Shown: one piece after another, positions 55,126 through 62,708 of the stretch
Numbering within the stretch: position 1 is the stretch's first letter
How the letters are laid out: every line of letters starts with the position of its first letter
IMG/VR virus record: IMGVR_UViG_3300031998_000083
Span: 556 to 64,555 of that record
DNA length: 64,000 nt
Direction: 5' to 3' (one strand)
DNA from: a virus
Lineage: Duplodnaviria > Caudoviricetes
The notes under the pieces: model-generated
What the model saw: only the letters and a program-made list of their open reading frames with translations
Told to the model about the DNA's origin: nothing
Databases searched by the model: none
Made by a program: the position numbers and the translations under genes

Positions 55126-55168
55126 CAAAGATACCTAATTCTCCCTAATCACCCTAATAATCCCTACT
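55126..55168 (-). promoter_or_regulatory. Promoter with upstream CCCTAAT direct repeats
   Basis: TATCTTTG (55133-55126); CCTAAT/CCCTAAT at 55134, 55143 and 55152, CCCTAC at 55162. Confidence 0.55.
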
Positions 55169-55179
55169 CTACCCACTGC

Positions 55180-55413
55180 TCAAAACGTGCAGTCCATGAT
55201 CATCTTCCCGATGATCTTATATATCTTTCTCTCGCAAATACCGTACTTTTCGGAAAGATGTGCTATAATGTAGGTGGTCTTGTGACCCATGCCCTTCATC
55301 ATGTCAAACTCCTCTGTCATCGGCAAATGCTGGTAATAATCCATGCCGATGCCGCGTTCGTGCAGCAATTTCATGATCTCTTTGCCAATTTTTATTAATT
55401 CTTTCACTTTCAT
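55180..55413 (-). CDS. 77-aa protein with C-terminal HTH
   Basis: 'IIAHLSEKYGICERKIYKII'; start MKVKEL. Confidence 0.75.
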   Translation of the reverse strand: MKVKELIKIGKEIMKLLHERGIGMDYYQHLPMTEEFDMMKGMGHKTTYIIAHLSEKYGICERKIYKIIGKMIMDCTF

Positions 55414-55461
55414 TAGTGCAAAATGTTGGTTGATTAATATATTTTTCCTACCTTTGCACCC

Positions 55462-55590
55462 GCACCACCATACATCAGCCATAGCCTCACCTGCAGAGAA
55501 CGGGCAACTGTCCCCCGATCCGCTGCTGGTGAGGCAATGTGTAATAAGTTGGTGGTGCTTCTTATTATTGGGTCGGGGGATTTTTCTATT
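55462..55590 (+). ncRNA. Candidate pseudoknotted ncRNA
   Basis: TACCTTTG promoter (55449-56); three long complementary pairs; U-tract. Confidence 0.6.
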
Positions 55591-55620
55591 CTTTTTGGCC
55601 TCATCTCCCCGACTCCGCTG

Positions 55621-55660
55621 CAAAGATACAGCGTTTCTCCTGTCACTCTTTCATATAATT
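55621..55660 (-). promoter_or_regulatory. Late-class promoter
   Basis: AATTATATGAAAGA (55660-55647), 18-nt gap, TATCTTTG (55628-55621). Confidence 0.85.
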
Positions 55661-55697
55661 CCCATGCGCGATATAAATAATGTACGCGGGAATCAAT

Positions 55698-55726
55698 AAA
55701 AAAAGGAGTCCCATTTCTGAGACTCC
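55698..55726 (-). terminator. Terminator of the LRR moron
   Basis: GGAGTC/GACTCC stem followed by T7 on the minus strand. Confidence 0.65.
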
Positions 55727-55759
55727 CAAATATAATGGATGGTATAACTGGTTTCCGTT

Positions 55760-57547
55760 TTATTCCCCTGATTTCTCCTGGTTCATAATAATGTCACTTA
55801 GTGTCACATGATCAGCGGCATTCACCTTGCCATCGCCATTCAGGTCACCATTGATGAGTGACAACTTGATTTCTTTTGTCGCCTTATCAGAATCCATGTA
55901 TCCTTCCTTTGAGGCATAGACACTGACATTATACAAGCCTCCGAGCTCTACTTCTGTTCCTGTATCCTGCTTTATGTCTGCGCTTGTAATCTGGTATCTG
56001 AACCTTACGCCTTCCGTCTCGCAGGCAAAGCTGATCTTTCCGTCCTTGAACTTGATGGTTGGTGTGGCGCACTTCTGATCGCCAGTGGCAGCGATAGCCA
56101 CCACGTCCTTAAAGTCCTTCCACGGTCCAACGGCTTTATATTTGTCTATGGATCCTGCCGGCACATGCAGCGTCACATAGTCTATATATGAGTTTTCAAA
56201 AGCCGTCCTGTCAGTCTCTGGCACTTCCTCTGCATAACAGTACACATCATTGAGCTTGTTGATATTTGCAAAGGTTTTCTCGCCTATCTTGGCCACATTT
56301 TTGCTTATATCAAACCTTGTAATTGTATTGCGCCCATTAAAGGCGTTGTCAGCAATCTTTGTCACCTTATAGCTTACTCCATCAAACTCCACGGCATCGG
56401 CTATTGTTACCTCACCGCTGGCATTGTCATTACCTATCACCTCAGCGAGTTCGTTGTCCGCATCAGTCACCTGATAAGTTACGCCATCGACGTTTTTCTT
56501 TGAGTAACCGAATGTACCTCTAACGTTAACGTCCTTTCCTGGCATGGTCTCTGGTATCTTACTCCATCCGGAAAAAGTAAATCCCTTTTTTGTTGGATCA
56601 GATTCTTGATTTATCATATCTCCATATTTATATAAATAGTTTTTATAAATCTGGTTATCTACATAATATGTTAAAACAAAATCTGTATTGTCAAGTCCTA
56701 CAAAATTTTTAAATTTTTTGTTCTTCTCTTTGAAAGCTTCTATTAAATTGTCGTGAATATGCACAGTGGCGTTTGAAACATCATCTGAAAAACTAATTAT
56801 ATAATCTCCATAATAGTAAATATCTGACAATTTGCTGCATCCGGAAAAATTATCACGAATCATTGGTTCAAGATAATCATCGTTCTCTATTGATATTGAT
56901 AGGGTAACAAGATTGCTACAATTAGAAAAAGAACCGACCATTCCACCCATTTCTTTAACACTATTCGGAATGGTCAAAGATGTCAAGCCGCTGCAACACG
57001 CAAAAGCACCTTCGTCAATGCACTTTACACCTTTTGGTATAGTAACAGATGTTATATCTGAGCATCCATAAAAAGAATAACGTGATATACTACTAATATT
57101 TTCTGGTATAACAAGATCTTTCACCTCTTGCCCGTTCAAAAAAAGTTTTATAGAATTGCTTCCAGGAGCGCTTTGCTTGTCAGTACCTAACCAAGATTTA
57201 ATGTCTGATATGTATATTTTTTGTAGTTTTTTACATTCTGACAATCCAAATCTGCCAAGACTTTTGATACTACTTGGTATGGTCACAGATAAAAGATTTG
57301 TTACATCCATCAGCACGTAATCACCAACTGATGTTACTATATATGTCTGGCCATTGTAAACTACATGACCCGGAATAATCAAATCACTTATATATGGTAG
57401 TCTGGTAATTTCAGCTTCAAGTTTAGAAGAATCAAACTTATAGTTTATTCCATCAATCTCACCGTAACTTATTTCTCCAGCCTTAACGCTACAAACTCTA
57501 AAAAACGAGAAAACACACAAAATTAAAACAAAGACTCTATTGTTCAT
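55760..57547 (-). CDS. Secreted BspA-type LRR surface protein with InlB-B repeat and dockerin-like tail
   Basis: Signal peptide; LRR_5 repeats (I...AF..CSGLTSLTIP); 'PTKKGFTFSGW'; 'GDLNGDGKVNAAD'; own promoter at 57582-57575. Confidence 0.88.
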   Translation of the reverse strand: MNNRVFVLILCVFSFFRVCSVKAGEISYGEIDGINYKFDSSKLEAEITRLPYISDLIIPGHVVYNGQTYIVTSVGDYVLMDVTNLLSVTIPSSIKSLGRFGLSECKKLQKIYISDIKSWLGTDKQSAPGSNSIKLFLNGQEVKDLVIPENISSISRYSFYGCSDITSVTIPKGVKCIDEGAFACCSGLTSLTIPNSVKEMGGMVGSFSNCSNLVTLSISIENDDYLEPMIRDNFSGCSKLSDIYYYGDYIISFSDDVSNATVHIHDNLIEAFKEKNKKFKNFVGLDNTDFVLTYYVDNQIYKNYLYKYGDMINQESDPTKKGFTFSGWSKIPETMPGKDVNVRGTFGYSKKNVDGVTYQVTDADNELAEVIGNDNASGEVTIADAVEFDGVSYKVTKIADNAFNGRNTITRFDISKNVAKIGEKTFANINKLNDVYCYAEEVPETDRTAFENSYIDYVTLHVPAGSIDKYKAVGPWKDFKDVVAIAATGDQKCATPTIKFKDGKISFACETEGVRFRYQITSADIKQDTGTEVELGGLYNVSVYASKEGYMDSDKATKEIKLSLINGDLNGDGKVNAADHVTLSDIIMNQEKSGE

Positions 57548-57626
57548 AAACCCACTATTTAGTTATACTGTTTGCAAAAATAGCAATAATGCTGTTATGT
57601 TGTTATTTTTATTAAATAAAATTAAG

Positions 57627-57660
57627 AAAAATGCGGCATACTCTCACAAGCTTGCCGCAT
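57627..57660 (-). terminator. Terminator after the tail fibre gene
   Basis: ATGCGGCA/TGCCGCAT stem followed by a T-run. Confidence 0.7.
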
Positions 57661-57690
57661 TAAGTATAACTAAATGATGTAAAATATAAA

Positions 57691-59694
57691 TTATTCTATT
57701 TTCCTAATATTAGGAGCTAACAATATAGTCCCTATATCTGTAGGATTGTCTGCGTTTCCATCTACAAATTTGACAGTTATATAATATTTTGTCTGTGAAA
57801 CCACCTCAATTATTATTGGGAAATTCTGAAGTGTACACATATTTGTAGGATATCCACTTCCACTGTCTCTGTTAAGCGTTAAGAAGCATGCAATTTTTGC
57901 TTTAGGTGGCTGTATCATAGAAGATAGGCATTCAAAAATATACTTACCAGGATCCAGAGTAATTTCTCCAATTGATACTATAAACGTAGAACTAACAGGC
58001 TGACCGTCTGATGTCGTAACTTTAAATAGCTTATTTGCAGCAGAAGAAATAACACAATTACTATCAGTATTACCACTCCACCCGCCTAAAGTGCTATACA
58101 ATTCTTTAACAAGGTTCTCCTTGTTCTCAATTATAACAGCATTGTCAGAGCAACCAAGTTTTGGAACAGAATCATCGACGTAAAAAACAATTCTATAACC
58201 ATTGTTTCCACTATCTCCACTTGCTGCATAAATAAAATATGAGAGATCATAAGCGTTATTTATCTTACTTGACAAAATAGCGCAAGTTCCATAACAATTA
58301 CCCGTAGCATTTATAAATATACCATCATCTTTTAAAACACCAAAAAAGTCTTTTATGATAAAATTGCTGAATGCTCCTCTTAAAGTAATAGCGTTTAGGA
58401 CATCTTCACAACCGTTACCATCAAAGGACGTAGAAAGAAAATCCATCAAATCATAAGCAGTTGTAGCATGATCACAACAACAATTTCTAACTGAAGAATA
58501 TTTGAAAAATTTAAGATAATATCCCGTTGTTACATTTTTGGCAAAACATTTATCAAGAACAATAGATGTAGATGCTGATATATATATTCCAACACCTGTA
58601 CTATATACTATAACGTCTTGAATACGCGAAAAGTATAAAGTTAGATTAATACCATATTGCGTTGTATAGGCTATAAATAAATTTTTTAAACATATTCTGC
58701 TTTTAATATAGTTACTATCGTCATTTATACCCTTTGACGCTAAATTGTTTCCGTTAATTGTTATGCCTTCTATTGTTATAAAGTTCCCTCTTAATCGGAA
58801 AACCGAATCAATACTTTCTATTGCTTTAATTTCTCCGTTACCAGTCTCATAGCCATCCAGGTGACCGTTTAAGTATCCTTTTGGAGTGCTTGTAGTTTCA
58901 TCATGACAGCCTTTTATGATAGTGGAATCAGGAACGTCTAATTGGGAGCCAATAGCATATATCTTGTTTCCAAAATAGATCGGAAAAGGTAAATATAAAA
59001 CTTTCTGAATAGCTGTTGCGTCATCTGTCACACCGTCTCCAACTGCACCAAACCATTCAGGATATGCTTCTGACACAATCCAAGTACCTGCTATTGTGAC
59101 GTTGGTTTCTAAAATTTTTACCAATCCTGCCTTGATGCCAGTATTTGTGCCTGTAATGGTTTTATCACCTGAGATACTTCCACCGTCAAACTCCAGCACA
59201 CAATTAGCAGGGATCGTGATGTTCTCACCAAGCACAAAGTCATACTGAATGACAAAGATGGTGTTGGCGTTGGGAACACGGCTACCGACCTCGCCCTTGT
59301 AGAACATGTCCTGTGTGAGGGTGTTGACCAAAACCTCTGGTTCGCCCTCGGCGGCAGTGTTGACCATGTTCTTCTTCAGCACGATACGGCCCATGCCGTT
59401 ATAGGGGTAGTCGCCGGTGGATCCTGTGGTGGATGGCTTGTCGTGCCACATGAGCCATGCGTTGTAGTCGCCGCTCACCTGCTTCCAGTCCTGCGTGTTC
59501 GGTGTGATGATGTCACCGCCGTCCCATGTTGCGGGTGCCGACACGTTATCGTCAATCTTCGACTCCCACACAGCGCCGAAGAGACTGACCTGATCGAGCT
59601 GGTCGTAGCCTCCTTGCTTATTAGGATTGAAGTCACCCAGATAATTCTCGGTCTTAAACAACCGCTGTCTGATAATTCCAGTATTCTCTTCCAT
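57691..59694 (-). CDS. Tail fibre/spike with pectate-lyase-like beta-helix
   Basis: 'EWFGAVGDGVTDDATAIQ' beta-helix cap; N-terminal 'GMGRIVLKKN...IPANCVLEFDGG'. Confidence 0.82.
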   Translation of the reverse strand: MEENTGIIRQRLFKTENYLGDFNPNKQGGYDQLDQVSLFGAVWESKIDDNVSAPATWDGGDIITPNTQDWKQVSGDYNAWLMWHDKPSTTGSTGDYPYNGMGRIVLKKNMVNTAAEGEPEVLVNTLTQDMFYKGEVGSRVPNANTIFVIQYDFVLGENITIPANCVLEFDGGSISGDKTITGTNTGIKAGLVKILETNVTIAGTWIVSEAYPEWFGAVGDGVTDDATAIQKVLYLPFPIYFGNKIYAIGSQLDVPDSTIIKGCHDETTSTPKGYLNGHLDGYETGNGEIKAIESIDSVFRLRGNFITIEGITINGNNLASKGINDDSNYIKSRICLKNLFIAYTTQYGINLTLYFSRIQDVIVYSTGVGIYISASTSIVLDKCFAKNVTTGYYLKFFKYSSVRNCCCDHATTAYDLMDFLSTSFDGNGCEDVLNAITLRGAFSNFIIKDFFGVLKDDGIFINATGNCYGTCAILSSKINNAYDLSYFIYAASGDSGNNGYRIVFYVDDSVPKLGCSDNAVIIENKENLVKELYSTLGGWSGNTDSNCVISSAANKLFKVTTSDGQPVSSTFIVSIGEITLDPGKYIFECLSSMIQPPKAKIACFLTLNRDSGSGYPTNMCTLQNFPIIIEVVSQTKYYITVKFVDGNADNPTDIGTILLAPNIRKIE

Positions 59695-59713
59695 AATCGT
59701 ATGTTTTTATTTG

Positions 59714-60502
59714 TCATTCACTTTCTTCTTCAAGGGTCTTGTACACACCGGAATAGTTGTGATTCTCGTCGATCTCGATGCTTGTCAGCACCCTGTCGCC
59801 CACCAGCTCGCTGATCTCCGCGAACCTCTCGGCGTCGAGCGGCGTGTTGTCGGTCTGAACATAGGTCCAGTCGCCGTTCCGCTTCTCATAATATACCTCC
59901 TCAATGTTTTCGTGGTCGCAATAGACAAGCGACATTTCACCCTTCACGTCGTTCTTGTATTTCACGATGTAAGAGTGCTTGCTGTTTCCCGTCACCTTGT
60001 TGACGACATAACCGATCTTCAATGTCTCGATCTGTGCAGCCGTCAGGGCTGTGATGTCGCTGACCTCCATCGCAATGACCATCTTCTGAACTTTGTCCGA
60101 CGTGATGCCGCTGGTGATGGCGGCCCACTCTTCATCCGTGAAGTTATCACGCTTGATGGCCACCTCAAACACCCACTGATACTGTGTGGCGCCGGCAGGC
60201 AGCGTATAGCGGTAACGGCTGTAGACGTCGTTGCCGTTCTCGTCTGGAGTCACCAGGTATGCCCAGTCGTTGGCGTTGGCATCCTCGATGGCCTCGATAT
60301 CTGCCATCGTGGTATATGTGCCCTTGAAGTCGGGATCGGCCTCGGCCACCTTCTTCCGTACATAGTCCTTCGTGGCGATATCAAAGAACGGTATAGGCGT
60401 CTTCAGGTCGTCTACCCACTCAGGCTCTTGCCCTGGCTGCTGCACCTCTTTCTTAAGGGTGCCAATGCCGTTGGTATCCTCTACAAACTTGTAATGGTTC
60501 AT
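59714..60502 (-). CDS. Tail-associated structural protein
   Basis: 'ATKDYV' and 'WAAITSGIT' fibre-type motifs. Confidence 0.6.
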   Translation of the reverse strand: MNHYKFVEDTNGIGTLKKEVQQPGQEPEWVDDLKTPIPFFDIATKDYVRKKVAEADPDFKGTYTTMADIEAIEDANANDWAYLVTPDENGNDVYSRYRYTLPAGATQYQWVFEVAIKRDNFTDEEWAAITSGITSDKVQKMVIAMEVSDITALTAAQIETLKIGYVVNKVTGNSKHSYIVKYKNDVKGEMSLVYCDHENIEEVYYEKRNGDWTYVQTDNTPLDAERFAEISELVGDRVLTSIEIDENHNYSGVYKTLEEESE

Positions 60503-61122
60503 GACTGTGCTGATTGTGGTTGTACGTTTGTCACTCCAAAGATGGCATATACCCAGCCGTCCTCGTCGCGCTCAAAGCCGGTGATGGGGCCGCGGTTCCC
60601 GTAGTAGGCGTACCACCAGCCGTCATCCTCGCGCTGGATCGATATCAGGTTGCAGTTCAGGAAGATGTCGTGTCCGTCGAGCGTGCCTGGTGCGATCTTG
60701 CTGATGTCTACGGCACCGCGGGCGATGTTCCTGCCCTCCACGGACTCAGGGGCGAGATGTTCGCTCTGAATGGCCTCGTGGCCGATGTTCAGTCCCGTGA
60801 TCGTGTGCTGATGGATATGTCGGCCTTGGATGGTCCTGTCGGCAATGCTCCTGCCCTCGATGGTCTTGTCGGCGATATGTTTGCCCTGAATGGTCTTGTC
60901 GGCAATATTCCTGCCTTGGATGGTCTTGTCGGCGATCTTGCCGCCAGTCACGGCCTTGTCGGCAATATTCCTGCCTTGGATGGTCTTGTCGGCAATCTTC
61001 TCCGTCGTGACGGCAAAGTCCACGATATGGCGGCCCTGGATGGCTCCGTTGGCGATGTCGCGCGTCTGCACCAGCACCCGCCAGTCTCCTATATGTTGGT
61101 CGTATTCAAACAGCCTCTGCAT
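60499..61122 (-). CDS. Fibre-like protein with 10-aa repeats (TIQGRNIADK)
   Basis: 30-bp repeats at ~60690-61065. Confidence 0.75.
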   Translation of the reverse strand: MQRLFEYDQHIGDWRVLVQTRDIANGAIQGRHIVDFAVTTEKIADKTIQGRNIADKAVTGGKIADKTIQGRNIADKTIQGKHIADKTIEGRSIADRTIQGRHIHQHTITGLNIGHEAIQSEHLAPESVEGRNIARGAVDISKIAPGTLDGHDIFLNCNLISIQREDDGWWYAYYGNRGPITGFERDEDGWVYAIFGVTNVQPQSAQS

Positions 61123-61129
61123 GGTCGTG

Positions 61130-61399
61130 TCAGTTTAGGATGAAACACTTTGTCACCTCCACGGGGGTGGCGAGACGGATCACCGTCTCATGCTTTACGT
61201 GGAAATCTATCTGGAAGCCGGTATCGCTCCTGGGCGTCTGCCCGTAGTTGGCGTACCCGCCGTCGCTTTCTTTCTTCAGGGTCACCACGGGCGCACGGCT
61301 GGCAAGCTCGATCCTTGCCGTCGCGCACTCGTCGATGGTGATGTCTTCGCTGATATAGGCGTTAGCCTCAGCATCGAATGTGAATGTAGGGGTTATCAT
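61130..61399 (-). CDS. Small beta-rich structural protein
   Basis: In the head/tail operon. Confidence 0.6.
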   Translation of the reverse strand: MITPTFTFDAEANAYISEDITIDECATARIELASRAPVVTLKKESDGGYANYGQTPRSDTGFQIDFHVKHETVIRLATPVEVTKCFILN

Positions 61400-61410
61400 G
61401 ATTCACTTTC

Positions 61411-62094
61411 TTATTGTACGGTTCTTACAGCGTCAGGGTCAAGGTAGCGCTGCGATAATGCAAGCAGGGTGGACGCCACGTCATCCTTGAAGGCCGTCAT
61501 GGCAAGGCCTGCTATCTGGTAGATCAGCGAGGCCTCCAGCTGTGACGGCACACTGACGTCAGTCGTGGGATGGTCTGCGTCAACGTTGGTAAGGCTGGGC
61601 TTGCGGATGAATACAAACCTCAGCGTGTCATTATCGGCCTTGGCGCAGTACATCTCCAGTATCTTCTTGCCGCTGGCGTTGTAGGTCAGGATATTCACGG
61701 GTCTGTCCCATGATCCCCTGGCATACTCGTCCTGCTGCATGAGGTAAACCTGGGACGTGTCAGGCTCCGGCACGGGGAAATGAGACCACGACGAGAGCCG
61801 GGCCTCAACGATGCGGAGAAGGTCTGTGGGAAGTATCAGGGTGGCGACAAGGCTTGTGCCGTTGATGGAGAAGCTGTTGGTCAGTGCCGTACCCGTCAGC
61901 GTCTCGAGCATGTCGTCATCGAGTCTGTCAATCGGTGCATTCTCAAGGACGTACTGCAGCGCATAGCCGATTTTGTCGATGATGACCGACGTCAGGTTCT
62001 TCTCGTCCTCGCTCACGCGGAGGAAGTCCGAGTCGTTCTGCATCAGCTCGTCGATGGTGGCCCTCACCCGTTTCACTATCTCCGATACCGTCAT
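61411..62094 (-). CDS. Head-tail adaptor-like protein
   Basis: 'EIVKRVRATIDE', 'LPTDLLRIVEARL', 'ASLIYQIAG' patterns. Confidence 0.6.
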   Translation of the reverse strand: MTVSEIVKRVRATIDELMQNDSDFLRVSEDEKNLTSVIIDKIGYALQYVLENAPIDRLDDDMLETLTGTALTNSFSINGTSLVATLILPTDLLRIVEARLSSWSHFPVPEPDTSQVYLMQQDEYARGSWDRPVNILTYNASGKKILEMYCAKADNDTLRFVFIRKPSLTNVDADHPTTDVSVPSQLEASLIYQIAGLAMTAFKDDVASTLLALSQRYLDPDAVRTVQ

Positions 62095-62097
62095 CCC

Positions 62098-62622
62098 TTA
62101 TCCTTTCTTGATGGTGGGGTTGATGCCGTGTTCCTTCAGCACCCTGCGGGCCTCGGACTCTTTCTGCACGGGAATGTTCCACTCCCTGGCGATATACTGG
62201 ATGGCCTCGCCCAGGTTGTTGAAGGTCATGGCCTGTGTGCCGTCGCCCTCTGCGGTAGTCTCTGGATCCGTCTCGTGTTCTGGTGCGTTTGCGGGTTCCT
62301 GTGTCTGGGGCGGCTCCGGCTTGGGTGCCGGCTCTGTCTTTGCGGCCTGCGGTCTCACGGCGACTTTCCTTGCGGCTTTGGCGGCAGCGGCCTTGCGGTC
62401 ACTCTCCTCTTCCACCGTGCGCTCAAGCACGATATCCTTGTCCTTGAACATCTGGCTGTTCTCGATGGCGCGCTGCTTGAACGGGTCGTTGGTGTAACAC
62501 TTTGCAGGTACGCCGTTGTAGGTGTTGCCGTCGACGAAGGCCACCCTCACGCCTACGCCCTTGTATTTCAGCGTGACCTCGAAGGTGTTCTGCTTCAGTC
62601 TGAGTTGATAAATCTTCAGCAT
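62098..62622 (-). CDS. Hypothetical virion-associated protein
   Basis: Follows the MCP; low-complexity linker. Confidence 0.6.
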   Translation of the reverse strand: MLKIYQLRLKQNTFEVTLKYKGVGVRVAFVDGNTYNGVPAKCYTNDPFKQRAIENSQMFKDKDIVLERTVEEESDRKAAAAKAARKVAVRPQAAKTEPAPKPEPPQTQEPANAPEHETDPETTAEGDGTQAMTFNNLGEAIQYIAREWNIPVQKESEARRVLKEHGINPTIKKG

Positions 62623-62708
62623 AATGTATTACTTTAGCTTTTTGAAAATATGGGGTGGCCGCATGGCCGGGAGCCGGTACGCAGCCACCCCGAAGAAAGG
62701 AGGTCCGT

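Noticed and set aside
57691-61122. DGR or invertible tail-fibre cassette
   Set aside because: No reverse transcriptase, no TR/VR pair and no invertase or flanking inverted repeats seen; the repeats are ordinary coding repeats.
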